From: Candidatus Tayloriibacteriota bacterium
GTDB lineage: Bacteria > Patescibacteriota > Minisyncoccia > Phycocordibacterales > UBA6065
Length of the DNA: 60,547 nt
Assembly: GCA_016215405.1 (NCBI GenBank)
Contig: JACRJQ010000002.1
Location: forward strand, 125,597-186,143
Direction: 5' to 3'
Shown: piece by piece, positions 14,212 through 23,702 of the stretch
Numbering within the stretch: the first letter of the stretch is position 1
Layout: each line of letters opens with the position of its first letter
The notes under the pieces: generated by a model
Told to the model about the DNA's origin: nothing
The model's input: only the letters and a program-made list of their open reading frames with translations
Databases searched by the model: none
Translations under genes and position numbers: made by a program

Positions 14212-14805
14212 TTAATACGTGTCACCTCCGCTTATCTTTCGCCCTATCTCCTTCATCTGGGCGCGGGCCCTGTGCATCCGAGTCTTTATGGCCCCCTCCG
14301 TGACTCCCTCCGCCTCCGCTATCTCCTTATAATCCTTGCCGTCGATTACGTATAACCGCAATATCCGAGCGAAGGTTTCCGGAAGGCGCGAGAACATCGA
14401 TTCGAGATAGTCCCTATCGAGCTTCTGTTCCCTCTCCGCCCTATCGTCATGCGGCAACACCGCCTCCAGGTCCTCGTCGAGCGCCGAAAAGAAGAGCCTC
14501 TCCCTCTTCATCTTCTTGTACCACATGAAGCAGACGTTCATAAGGACCTTATACGCCCACGACGAGAACCGGGCCCCCTCTACGGGGCGAAATGACCTGC
14601 CGTAAAGATATATCTTCACGAACGTATCCTGGACGATATCCCTGGCCGCCTCGTCGTCGCGCACGATGGACCTCGCTTTGCGTATGAACGCCTCTTCGTA
14701 GCGCTCTACGATGAGCTCGAAGAGATACGGGTGCTTGAAAGACGCGGCAAGGACGTCCTCGTCCCTCTTTTCCCTGAATTCGGCCTTGTGCTCGTGCGGG
14801 TTCAC
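14212..14805 (-). CDS. ECF-type RNA polymerase sigma factor
   Basis: DIVQDTFVKIY, FSSWAYKVLMN (region 2); YKEIAEAEGVTEGAIKTRMHRAR (region 4). Confidence 0.93.
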   Translation of the reverse strand: MNPHEHKAEFREKRDEDVLAASFKHPYLFELIVERYEEAFIRKARSIVRDDEAARDIVQDTFVKIYLYGRSFRPVEGARFSSWAYKVLMNVCFMWYKKMKRERLFFSALDEDLEAVLPHDDRAEREQKLDRDYLESMFSRLPETFARILRLYVIDGKDYKEIAEAEGVTEGAIKTRMHRARAQMKEIGRKISGGDTY

Positions 14806-14831
14806 GCGGTAACTATAACTCGAAAGGGCCC

Positions 14832-15482
14832 TTATGGGTTACTTCTTCCCTGCCTCCACTCGTCTATGAGCCTGTGGTTTCCGGAGAGGAGGACCTTCGG
14901 GACGCGGTACTTCTTCTTCTTGTAGAGGACGACTTCGGGGCGCGTATAGGAGTCAGGCGACGCGATGCGCTCCTCTTCGCGGGAATCGAAGTTCCCGAGG
15001 ACGCCCTCTATCTGTCGCGCCATCGAATCGATCATGATCATCGCCGGGAGCTCGCCTCCGGTAAGGACGAATGGACCGACGGAGATATCCTCCATCCTGA
15101 ACATCTTCTTGACGCGCGCGTCGATGCCCTCGTAGCGGCCACAGACGAATATGACGTGCTTGTACTTTTTCGCCGCCGTTTTGGCATAGGCGGTGTCGAA
15201 CCGCCTCCCTGAAGGAGAGAAGAACACTATCTTGGTCGCCACCTTTCCGCACGCCTTCTTCGCCTTCTCTATCGCCCTGGCGACAGGCAAGGCTTGGATA
15301 ACCATGCCTGGACCCCCGCCGTAGGGCTTTTGGTCCACTCTCGCCCACTTGTCCGTAGCGAAATCCCGAGGATTGTAGATCTTCACCTTTATCTTCCCGT
15401 CTTCGATGGCGCGCTTTAAGATCGACTCCCCTAGATAGGAGTCGAACGCGCCGGGAAACAGGGTAACGATATGAAACGTCAT
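14832..15482 (-). CDS. trmD: tRNA (guanine37-N1)-methyltransferase
   Basis: VDQKPYGGGPGMV, CGRYEGIDAR, SVGPFVLTGGELPA, YTRPE, VLLSGNH. Confidence 0.98.
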   Translation of the reverse strand: MTFHIVTLFPGAFDSYLGESILKRAIEDGKIKVKIYNPRDFATDKWARVDQKPYGGGPGMVIQALPVARAIEKAKKACGKVATKIVFFSPSGRRFDTAYAKTAAKKYKHVIFVCGRYEGIDARVKKMFRMEDISVGPFVLTGGELPAMIMIDSMARQIEGVLGNFDSREEERIASPDSYTRPEVVLYKKKKYRVPKVLLSGNHRLIDEWRQGRSNP

Positions 15483-15548
15483 GATACCTAAAGATTACAG
15501 CTTTTCGGGCGATGAGCAAGAAATCCGCCCGAAGGCGGATTTCTCTGG

Positions 15549-15938
15549 CTAGGCGAGGACGGTCTGCAAACAAGCGATGGAGTCGGGCTTTCCCCACGAA
15601 GCGCAGAACTCTATAAGCTCGTCGGCGAGCGTCCTGTTTATAGGAAGGTCGCGGCGGAGCTCTTCGACCCGCTTCACGTTCCCGTCTCTAAAGCTCGAGA
15701 GGACCGCCTGCTTTATCGCCTCGTCGACTGCGTCTTTAGGCAGCTTGAATCGGGACTCTGTCTCCCGAGCCTTGTATATGAGACCCTTCTTGAGGTAAGC
15801 GATTATGGCCTGACGCACGACTTCGCGGGCCTCGTGCTCCAAGACCTCGTCTGTCGGATCGAGGCGCGACCGCGCCTCATACGCGGCATCCACATCGCCT
15901 TTCGCCAGGGCCTTAGCTATTTCTTTTATCTCTTTCAT
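15549..15938 (-). CDS. hypothetical alpha-helical protein
   Basis: Charged helical ORF between the KH gene and trmD, flanked by hairpins; no RimM similarity apparent. Confidence 0.65.
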   Translation of the reverse strand: MKEIKEIAKALAKGDVDAAYEARSRLDPTDEVLEHEAREVVRQAIIAYLKKGLIYKARETESRFKLPKDAVDEAIKQAVLSSFRDGNVKRVEELRRDLPINRTLADELIEFCASWGKPDSIACLQTVLA

Positions 15939-15990
15939 CTGTTGGGTGAAAAGCAAAACCGCCCCTTCGGGTGGTTTCGCGTGTATGGCT

Positions 15991-16302
15991 TTAGAGATTG
16001 AGGTCGGCCATCGCCTCGTCTACGGTCTTGGATGCTCGCGCTTCCTTCGGAACGCCGCCTAGAGGCTCGGAGATCTTGAGGTTTACCCTAGAATTGTTCT
16101 TCATGCCTACGATGCGCAAGAGGGTCCTGATCGCCTTTGCGGTATTGCCTTCTCGGCCGATGATCTTGCCCATATCGGAGGGATTGACGTCGAGCGTGAG
16201 GAGAACGCCCATCTCGTCTACGGTGCGGTTTATCTTTACGTCGTTCGGATTGTCTACGAGAGACTTAACGAGAAAGTCGAGAAACTTTGCGTCTGCTTCC
16301 AT
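15991..16302 (-). CDS. khpA: KH-domain RNA-binding protein (KhpA/YlqC family)
   Basis: DMGKIIGREGNTAKAIRTLL; canonical position after rpsP. Confidence 0.92.
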   Translation of the reverse strand: MEADAKFLDFLVKSLVDNPNDVKINRTVDEMGVLLTLDVNPSDMGKIIGREGNTAKAIRTLLRIVGMKNNSRVNLKISEPLGGVPKEARASKTVDEAMADLNL

Positions 16303-16408
16303 GATTCTTGTGATTAGCTGAAAATTATCGAGCCCTATGCTCTATACGACATAATACCACCCTCAGGACAAAAGAAAACTGCCCTGTGTGGGCAATTTTC
16401 TCGATATT

Positions 16409-16759
16409 TTAGGCCTTTGGAGCCTCAGGAGCCGGGGCCGCTGCAGGAGCCGCCGCTTCCGCCTTCTTGTCTCCTTCCTTCTTGATAGGCTTCTTCTTAG
16501 GAAGGGCGTTCACCTTCTTGCCTGGGATAACCTTCTTTTCGATGAGCCAGTTATGGACGGTGTCAGAGAGCTTTGCGCCGTGAGACATCCAATGCTTCAC
16601 GCGATCCGCCTTTATCTCCTTTACGTCGTTAACAGGATCATACGAGCCGAGCACCTCAAGGTACTTGCCTGATTTGGTAGAGTTCTTCGAATCCGTGAGG
16701 ACTACTCGGAACGTCGGTACATTTACGCGCCCTACGCGCTGAAGTCGAATCATTAACAT
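16409..16759 (-). CDS. rpsP: 30S ribosomal protein S16
   Basis: MLMIRLQRVG...FRVVLTDS...LEVLGSYDP...GAKLSDTV. Confidence 0.97.
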   Translation of the reverse strand: MLMIRLQRVGRVNVPTFRVVLTDSKNSTKSGKYLEVLGSYDPVNDVKEIKADRVKHWMSHGAKLSDTVHNWLIEKKVIPGKKVNALPKKKPIKKEGDKKAEAAAPAAAPAPEAPKA

Positions 16760-16826
16760 AGACACCGATACTAGCAGAAGTGATAAAAATCGTCAATTTT
16801 AAGCGTATCTGCTATAGTGAACCTCA

Positions 16827-18872
16827 ATGAAAAACAGACCTAAGAACGAGAACAACCCGCGCGAAAAGAGCGGGAGCAGGCCGTCGAAGCGAATAGCCCA
16901 TATCCAGGGGCACAAGGCTTCTGACGCCCACAAGAGCGCGGAAAAGCCCGCGCGCGGCAAGGCCGTCATAGGACAGCTGAGCGTGAACTCCAAAGGAGTC
17001 GGCTTCGTCGAGAACCCAGAGGATAAGAGCGCTGATTTCGAGATCCTTCCGGAGTCGCTCCATACAGCGCTCCATAAGGACGAAGTCGAGATACTCCCCC
17101 TCGGCAGGCAGTCGAGGTTTAACCGTCCGCTCGCGGAAGTGGTCCGCATCATAAAGCGCAGCAAGATGCGCTACGTCGGCGTGCTGGAGTCCGCCGGAAA
17201 GGGATTCGCCCTCGTACCTGACGACAAAAGGCTCTACAAGGACGTCTTCGTCTCCGACGACGCTTCGCAGGGAGCGAAAGCTGGTGACAAGGTATATGTA
17301 GAGATATACGAGTGGGACGAGAAGAAGGGCTATCCTGTCGGCCGCGTCCTCGAGGTGATAGGCCGCCATGGCGAGCACAATGCGGAGATGAGGGCTATCG
17401 TCCTCGAGCGCGGGCTCGCTTACGACTATCCTGTCGACGTCGTCCGCGAGGCCGAAGCTATCGAGAAGAACAAGGCGATCTCGGCAGAAGAGCGCGCGAA
17501 GCGCCGAGACTTCTCCGATGTCCCTACCTTTACGATCGACCCTATCGACGCGAAGGACTTCGACGACGCCATCTCCTTTAAAGAGCTCGGCGGCGGCCGG
17601 TACGAGATAGGCGTCCATATCGCCGACGTATCGCACTACGTGCGGGAGGGCACCGCCCTCGACCGAGAGGCGCGGGAGCGAGGATTCTCCGTCTACCTCG
17701 TCGACAGGACGATCCCCATGCTCCCCGAGGTGCTCTCAAACGACGTCTGCTCGCTCAATCCCCACGAAGAGAAGCTCACGTTCTCGTCGGTCTTCGTCAT
17801 GAACGACCGTGGAGACATCCTCGACCGATGGTTCGGAAAGACCATCATAAAATCCTGGAAAAGATTCACGTACGAGGGCGCTCAGGAGGTGCTCGAGGGA
17901 AAGTCCCAGGAATATAAGAAAGAGCTCCTTAAGCTCAACGAGATAGCGAAGAAGCTGCGGGCCAAGAAAGAGGAAGAAGGCGCCATAGACTTCGAGACCG
18001 ACGAGGTGAAATTCGAGCTAGATTCCACCGGCAAGCCTATCCGCGTCTTCAAGAAGACGAGAAAGGACGCTCACAAGCTCGTCGAGGAGTACATGCTCCT
18101 CTCGAACCGAGAGGTCGCGCATTATATGTGGAGGGCGAGCGAGAAGAAGCAAGGCGCTTTCCTCTACCGCATCCACGACGCTCCCGTCATGGAGAAGATC
18201 GACAACCTCACGGTCCTCGTAAAGGCGCTCGGCTACCATCTGCCCGTCTCGAAAAAGGGCATCGCGGTCAAGGATCTCAAGCATCTCTTCAGGCAGATAG
18301 AGGGTAAGACCGAAGAGGCGCTCATAAAGACTGCGGCCATCCGCTCTATGGCGAAGGCCGTCTATTCTACTCTCAACATCGGCCATTACGGCCTCGCGTT
18401 CGAGTACTATACCCACTTCACCTCCCCTATCCGCCGCTATGCCGACCTCATCGTCCACAGGCTCCTTTACCGAGAGCTCTCGGGAGGCAAGATAGCCGCG
18501 GGAGAGATGTCGAAATACCAAAAGATAGCCGACGACAACTCCGAGAAGGAGGTCCGGGCCGCAGAAGCGGAACGAGCTTCGATCAAATACAAACAGGTCG
18601 AATACATGAGCGATCGCGTGGGACAGGTATTCGAAGGCACCATCACCGGCGTCACAGAATGGGGCATCTATATCGAGGACAAGGAGACGAAGTGCGAGGG
18701 CATGGCGAAGCTCCGCGATATGACGGACGACCGTTATGTGTTCAACGAAAAGGCCTACGCAGTCATAGGCGAGAAGACGGGAAAGAGATACTCCCTCGGA
18801 GACTCCGTCCGCTTCAAGGTGATAGGCGCCGACCTCGAAAAGAGGACCCTCGACTACGCCGTAGCGAGATAA
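16827..18872 (+). CDS. rnr: ribonuclease R
   Basis: TIDPIDAKDFDDA, VHIADVSHYV, HYGLAFEYYTHFTSPIRRYADL, C-terminal S1 domain. Confidence 0.96.
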   Translation: MKNRPKNENNPREKSGSRPSKRIAHIQGHKASDAHKSAEKPARGKAVIGQLSVNSKGVGFVENPEDKSADFEILPESLHTALHKDEVEILPLGRQSRFNRPLAEVVRIIKRSKMRYVGVLESAGKGFALVPDDKRLYKDVFVSDDASQGAKAGDKVYVEIYEWDEKKGYPVGRVLEVIGRHGEHNAEMRAIVLERGLAYDYPVDVVREAEAIEKNKAISAEERAKRRDFSDVPTFTIDPIDAKDFDDAISFKELGGGRYEIGVHIADVSHYVREGTALDREARERGFSVYLVDRTIPMLPEVLSNDVCSLNPHEEKLTFSSVFVMNDRGDILDRWFGKTIIKSWKRFTYEGAQEVLEGKSQEYKKELLKLNEIAKKLRAKKEEEGAIDFETDEVKFELDSTGKPIRVFKKTRKDAHKLVEEYMLLSNREVAHYMWRASEKKQGAFLYRIHDAPVMEKIDNLTVLVKALGYHLPVSKKGIAVKDLKHLFRQIEGKTEEALIKTAAIRSMAKAVYSTLNIGHYGLAFEYYTHFTSPIRRYADLIVHRLLYRELSGGKIAAGEMSKYQKIADDNSEKEVRAAEAERASIKYKQVEYMSDRVGQVFEGTITGVTEWGIYIEDKETKCEGMAKLRDMTDDRYVFNEKAYAVIGEKTGKRYSLGDSVRFKVIGADLEKRTLDYAVAR

Positions 18873-18925
18873 AACGAAAGCCCGCGGCGGATGCGCGGGC
18901 GAATTGCAGAAGGAAGGAGGCTTTT

Positions 18926-19171
18926 TCAGGCGATACGGACGGCATCGCCTATATCGCGGCCAGGAAGGACGATATCGCTATCTTCCATCCGGACGAGCCG
19001 GCCGCTCGTAAGGCAGGCGGCGTTGAAGGTGCTCCCGCTCTGGGAGTCCTTCACGGCCTGGATCCTTATATACGGCGGGGCGTAATCGATGCCGAGACGG
19101 TTCCCCTCTGGGCTCCAGACGAGCTTAAAAGGGGTGCCGAAAACGACTTCGCAGAACGGCTTTTTATTCAT
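18926..19171 (-). CDS. hypothetical protein (81 aa)
   Basis: Only plausible ORF in the gap between two hairpin terminators; no motif. Confidence 0.45.
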   Translation of the reverse strand: MNKKPFCEVVFGTPFKLVWSPEGNRLGIDYAPPYIRIQAVKDSQSGSTFNAACLTSGRLVRMEDSDIVLPGRDIGDAVRIA

Positions 19172-19240
19172 AGAGCGAGGGAGAGGTCGGAGTTGAGGTT
19201 GAAAGCGGGCGTCGAAGCAATGCTATCTCTAAAACGATAA

Positions 19241-19271
19241 AAGTAAAGCCGCCTCATAGGCGGCTTTACTT
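19241..19271. terminator. intrinsic terminator after smc
   Basis: AAGTAAAGCCGCCT-CAT-AGGCGGCTTTACTT. Confidence 0.8.
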
Positions 19272-21524
19272 TTATTTCGCTACCGCGAGAGCCTCGTTGA
19301 AGGCGATGGAAAGGAGCTTAGAGAAGCCTTCCCTGCCCATGGTGACGCCGTAGAGGACGCCGGCTCGCGACATCGTCTCGCGATTGTGGGTGATGACGAT
19401 AAGCTGGGAATGCTTAGAGAGGCTCTCGACCATGTCCCCGTACTTCTTCGAATTCGCTTCGTCGAGGGCTGCGTCGGTCTCGTCGAGGATGATGAAAGGC
19501 GGCGGGTTCACCTGAGAGATGGCGAAGAGGAGCGCGATCGAAGTGAGGGCCCTCTCGCCGCCGGAGAGCATCTCGAGACCCTTTATCTTCTTTCGCGGGA
19601 GATTGACGTGGATGTCTACCCCGACCTCGGTCTCTTCCTCTTCCTCCGCCATCGCTTCGAGGCCCATCTCTTCTATCTCTTCGGGCGAAGGACCCCTCTT
19701 TCTCTTCTTCTCTTTCACGACGGCCAGAGACGCCTCTCCTCCGCCGAACATAAGGGCGAAGAATTCCTTGAACTGCTTGTTTATCTTCGCTATGCCGTCG
19801 GAGAAGAGCGTATCGAGCTTCTCCGAGAGCTCTGCGATGAGCTCCGTGAGGGATGCCGCCGACTTTTCGAGGTCGACGAGCTCGCGCGCCAGGAATTCGT
19901 CCCGCTCGGACGTCTCATTGAACTCTTTCATTACGTCTCCCGCGGAAAGGCCTCCCGAATCCTCGAGCCTGACCTTTATCTTCTCTATGTGCTTTCGCCT
20001 CTCTTCTTGAAGGGACCTCTCCTCGGCCGCGTGCTCTGTCGTGTCCGACTCGTACAGATAGACGTCCCTGCCGATAAGGACCGCGCCCTCCTCGACCTCC
20101 CTTTTGAAATCAACCTTCTCGAGGCGCAGCTTCTCTTCCCGCACCGCCATGACGGAGAGCCTGCCACGGATCTCATTCTCCTCGGCCATTATCCGGAACA
20201 TCGATTTCTCGGCATCGCGAGAGCTATCCTTCTCCTTCTCTATGTCGCCCTGCAGGCTCGCATACGCTGAAGAGAGCTTGGAAAGCTCGGCTTCGGCATC
20301 CTTGGCCCCCTTATCCGCCTCTTCTTTGCGCTCCTTAAGGAGCCGTATCTCCTTTTCGAGCTCTCCCGCCCTGTCCTGAGCTTTGGTGTTCTTGTTCGAT
20401 TCCAAGAAGAGCTTGAGGGATTCTCGGATCTTCGCGAGGGCCGCCTTCACTCCGCCGAGGTCTTTCGCCCCCTCTATGTCGCCCAAAAGCTCTTCGATCC
20501 TTCCGACGAAGCCTTTGACCTTTGAGTATTCGACCGTCACAGCCTCGGTGTTAGCGGTCGCCCTTTCTCGGGCGAGCATCCTTTCGAGAGAGCCTATCTC
20601 GCCCTCGATCCTGCCTATCGTGCGCGTCACCTCGTCGCGCGATTCGCGCGCGGACTTGAGCTTCGCCTCGAGCGACATGAGCTCCGAGGATTTGGCGTCC
20701 TTATGCTTGGACGCCTCGAGGACTTTTTTCGCCTCCGAAAGCTCGTGCTCGAGCCGCGCGAGGTCTCTGCGCGGCCCTGCCGCCTCCTCCGCGAGCGCTT
20801 TTTCGGTCTCGGCCAGATAGAGCGATTCGCGCTTCAGATATTCCCGATAGACGCTCTTTAGCTCCTCTCTGAGGGCGATCGTCTTCTCGACTTTCTCGAC
20901 CTGCTTTTTGAGGAACTTGAGATGCGGAGCGATCTCCTTCCTCAAGGATTCGACCTTCTCCATGTTCTCGCGGGTCTTCTCGAGCTTCCTCTCGCTCTCC
21001 TCTCTCTTGTACTGGAATATCTTGAGGCCGAGCGCGTCCTCGAGCATCTCCCTCCTCTCCCTCGAATTCGAATTGAGTATCCTGTCTGCCTCGCCCTGAG
21101 AGATTATGTGGTGGCCGGAGGAGCCGATGTGGGCCCCCGCGAGAAGCTCGACGATGTCGCGCAGACGAACAGCCGACCCGTTTATGAAATATTCGGAGAG
21201 CGAATCCCTGTGGATCACGCGCTCTATGGCGACCTCGTCGAAATCTATGTTAAGGAGCCTCTTTCGGTTATCGAAGACGAGCTTTACCGCTGCGCGATTC
21301 GCGCGAGGCTGGGATTCGCCGCCATTGAAGATAAGGTCCTCGGTGCGTTTTCCGCGCATCGACTTTATCGACTGCTCTCCGAGGACGAAACGGAACGCCT
21401 CAGCGACGTTCGACTTGCCCGACCCGTTAGGGCCCACGACCGCCGTCACAGGCGCGTTGAATTCGAGATTTGCCTTTTTGGCGAAGGATTTGAAGCCGGA
21501 AAGCTCGAGGGATTTAAGATACAT
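19272..21524 (-). CDS. smc: Smc-family chromosome segregation ATPase, short form (750 aa)
   Basis: MYLKSLELSGFKSFA, Walker A GPNGSGKSN, Q-loop IISQG, LSGGE signature, PFIILDETDAALD, ITHN; coiled coil between the head halves. Confidence 0.9.
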   Translation of the reverse strand: MYLKSLELSGFKSFAKKANLEFNAPVTAVVGPNGSGKSNVAEAFRFVLGEQSIKSMRGKRTEDLIFNGGESQPRANRAAVKLVFDNRKRLLNIDFDEVAIERVIHRDSLSEYFINGSAVRLRDIVELLAGAHIGSSGHHIISQGEADRILNSNSRERREMLEDALGLKIFQYKREESERKLEKTRENMEKVESLRKEIAPHLKFLKKQVEKVEKTIALREELKSVYREYLKRESLYLAETEKALAEEAAGPRRDLARLEHELSEAKKVLEASKHKDAKSSELMSLEAKLKSARESRDEVTRTIGRIEGEIGSLERMLARERATANTEAVTVEYSKVKGFVGRIEELLGDIEGAKDLGGVKAALAKIRESLKLFLESNKNTKAQDRAGELEKEIRLLKERKEEADKGAKDAEAELSKLSSAYASLQGDIEKEKDSSRDAEKSMFRIMAEENEIRGRLSVMAVREEKLRLEKVDFKREVEEGAVLIGRDVYLYESDTTEHAAEERSLQEERRKHIEKIKVRLEDSGGLSAGDVMKEFNETSERDEFLARELVDLEKSAASLTELIAELSEKLDTLFSDGIAKINKQFKEFFALMFGGGEASLAVVKEKKRKRGPSPEEIEEMGLEAMAEEEEETEVGVDIHVNLPRKKIKGLEMLSGGERALTSIALLFAISQVNPPPFIILDETDAALDEANSKKYGDMVESLSKHSQLIVITHNRETMSRAGVLYGVTMGREGFSKLLSIAFNEALAVAK

Positions 21525-21596
21525 GGATATAAGGGATGTCGGAAAAGACCCTCTAAATATAGCATTTTAGGCCTTATTTCGAGAGTGAATAAACTC

Positions 21597-21626
21597 TTGA
21601 CTTTATAGTACAATATATGGTATAAT
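21597..21626 (+). promoter_or_regulatory. strong sigma70 promoter
   Basis: TTGACT-18 nt-TATAAT with TGG extended -10. Confidence 0.75.
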
Positions 21627-21729
21627 TATCAGGAATCGGGAAAGGCACGGGCTTCAGACATTAGGGCGCAAGCTTCCGGGATCTCCCCGAAAGACCAGAT
21701 GCTCCCTCACCCTGCAGCTCATCCTTCCC

Positions 21730-21897
21730 ATGAAAGTCATTCCGTTCATCCTAGCTTTCGTCATCACGCTCCTTGCCCAGATTTTCATCCCACGTCAGCA
21801 CTTGTTGAAAGTCTCGGCGACGCTCGCGGTCATGATCCTCTTGGTGGCCATCGGCATAGTCGCTGGGCGCCGCTATGGCTGGATCAAGTCCCGCTAA
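21730..21897 (+). CDS. 55-aa two-TM small membrane protein (not in ORF track)
   Basis: MKVIPFILAFVITLLAQIFIPRQHLLKVSATLAVMILLVAIGIVAGRRYGWIKSR; lies between a consensus promoter and a terminator. Confidence 0.7.
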   Translation: MKVIPFILAFVITLLAQIFIPRQHLLKVSATLAVMILLVAIGIVAGRRYGWIKSR

Positions 21898-21905
21898 AGA
21901 ACACT

Positions 21906-21940
21906 GGCCGGGATCGCGCTTCGCGCGATCCCGGCCCTTT
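21906..21940. terminator. intrinsic terminator between the small ORF and the first pilin gene
   Basis: GGCCGGGATCGCGC-TTC-GCGCGATCCCGGCC then CTTT. Confidence 0.8.
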
Positions 21941-21955
21941 GCTTTCTATCTTCCA

Positions 21956-22792
21956 TCAGCGCACAGACATCTCGCGACGCGACGCCCCAACGGCGTACAA
22001 AACCCCCACCTCCTCGGCGACGAGCGCCTTCGCGAAGAAATGGATCTCGTCCATCTGCCCGTCGAAAAAGACGTTTGGGCCAGGAAAGTACCCTGTCTCG
22101 TTCCTGTTAAAGGAGAATATTATCCTTCCGAAGCTCTGGGTCGATATATTCGTATCCTGTCCTTCGAGCCTTCCGTTGACATAGAGCGAGCGCTTGCCGT
22201 TCGCCGCGTCGTGGCTTACGGCGATGTGATACCACTTACCTGTCCCGAGGGCGGTGGTCGATGTGATATTCTGCCCCGAGCCGTTGAATATGAAATAGCC
22301 TACCGTGCCGTTGGAGTTGAGATAGATATTGTTGCTATTGCCGTTCCCTCCCGAGATAGGCGGATTGATGGGCGAGTTCGACACGAGGCCTGCGTTCGCG
22401 ATCGCGTCCGGCTTTATCCAGAACGAATACGAATAGCTCTGCGTCTGATCAGTGGGATTGGTCGTCCATACATAGCCGGTCGAACCGTCGAACGAGAGCG
22501 AACACCCGGTCGCTTTTATGCTATCGGCGGTCCACGACGCTCCGCCCACGATTGTTCCGAGATTCGTACCCGCGCGATTACCGGCAGAAGAGCCGGAACA
22601 TTCGTCTAATTCCCAAATGCCCATGGCGTAATCCCCTGCTGCCCTGCCTGCTTGGGCGGCGAACTGCTTTCCCGCAGCGATACGCGCCTTGTCCCGCGCG
22701 GAGTTGAGGGACGAAAGGACCACGCTCGAAAGGAGCGAGATTATGGATACGACCACGAGCAATTCTATGAGGGTGAAGGCTCTTTTATTCAT
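21956..22792 (-). CDS. pilin-like protein (class III signal) with LamG/ConA-like domain, #1
   Basis: MNKRA|FTLIELLVVVSII; WELDECSG...SLSFDGS...YSFWIK...WYHIAVS...LYVNG...DGQMDEIHFF. ORF-track extension upstream of 22792 is spurious. Confidence 0.9.
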   Translation of the reverse strand: MNKRAFTLIELLVVVSIISLLSSVVLSSLNSARDKARIAAGKQFAAQAGRAAGDYAMGIWELDECSGSSAGNRAGTNLGTIVGGASWTADSIKATGCSLSFDGSTGYVWTTNPTDQTQSYSYSFWIKPDAIANAGLVSNSPINPPISGGNGNSNNIYLNSNGTVGYFIFNGSGQNITSTTALGTGKWYHIAVSHDAANGKRSLYVNGRLEGQDTNISTQSFGRIIFSFNRNETGYFPGPNVFFDGQMDEIHFFAKALVAEEVGVLYAVGASRREMSVR

Positions 22793-22800
22793 TACAATAT

Positions 22801-23640
22801 CTATTCGAGGGCAACCCTCGAGCGATGAAGATCGCTCGCGTAGACGTCTCCGATCTCCGACGCGACGAGGGCTTTCGCGTAGACCCGCACATCCTCGATA
22901 TTTCCGCTGAAATAGTTGCCATCCGAACATGTGGAGCTTGGCTCCGCTCCGATACAGAGGGCATTATTCGATGAATACGTGATACTACCGCTCGGCGCCG
23001 CGTTAGCCGCGACTTCCTTACCGTCGAGGTAGAGCTTCATGACCTCGCCGTCATAGGTGACGAGCGCATGGTACCAGCGTCCCACGACGAGGGCGGACGC
23101 CGGATAGGATACCGAATGATATGAGCCGCTTATGTGGATAAGGCCGCACAGGGAATTCAGGGCGCAAGCGCTATTCTCGTTTATCGAGAGCTGGTAGCCG
23201 CCGGTCTGGGTCTTCGAGAGTATCTGCCTGCCTCCTGAGAGGCTCGCGGGCTTGAACCACGCGCTGTAGGTGATAGCCGAGGTCGGAGCGAGAGCCGCCG
23301 AATAAGGGACCTCGATATAATCGTTGGTGCCGTCGAAGAGCACCGACCCGCCGACGTTCCACGGGGTGTCTGCAGACCACGCCGGACTATTGACCAGCGT
23401 GCCGTTATTGCCGCTCCCCGACCTGTCGCGGGCGACAGTACCCGCTCCGTCGTCGAGATCCCACACGCCTACCGCATAATCACCGGCGACCCTGAACGAT
23501 TGCGCCGCGAACGACTTCGCGCCGCCGAGCCGGCCTTTATCCCGCGCGGAGTTGAGGGACGAAAGGACCACGCTCGAAAGGAGCGAGATTATGGATACGA
23601 CCACGAGCAATTCTATGAGGGTGAAACCTCCCTTCTTCAT
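22801..23640 (-). CDS. pilin-like protein with LamG/ConA-like domain, #2
   Basis: MKKGG|FTLIE; WDLDDG...DRSGSGNNGTL...ITYSAWFK...WYHALVTYDG...LYLDG...FSGNIEDVRVY. Confidence 0.92.
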   Translation of the reverse strand: MKKGGFTLIELLVVVSIISLLSSVVLSSLNSARDKGRLGGAKSFAAQSFRVAGDYAVGVWDLDDGAGTVARDRSGSGNNGTLVNSPAWSADTPWNVGGSVLFDGTNDYIEVPYSAALAPTSAITYSAWFKPASLSGGRQILSKTQTGGYQLSINENSACALNSLCGLIHISGSYHSVSYPASALVVGRWYHALVTYDGEVMKLYLDGKEVAANAAPSGSITYSSNNALCIGAEPSSTCSDGNYFSGNIEDVRVYAKALVASEIGDVYASDLHRSRVALE

Positions 23641-23660
23641 ATCTAATGAGTATATCAAAG

Positions 23661-23698
23661 GAAAAAGGCGGCGCGCAGAGAAGCGCGCCGCCTTTTTC
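23661..23698. terminator. intrinsic terminator after rnc
   Basis: GAAAAAGGCGGCGCGC-AGAGAA-GCGCGCCGCCTTTTTC. Confidence 0.8.
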
Positions 23699-23702
23699 CA
23701 AA

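Noticed and set aside
21633-21729. Leader containing GGGCGCAAGCTTCCGG, reminiscent of the c-di-GMP-I riboswitch
   Set aside because: No GNRA-capped P2 stem and no 3' strand to close P1; resemblance too weak without a CM search.
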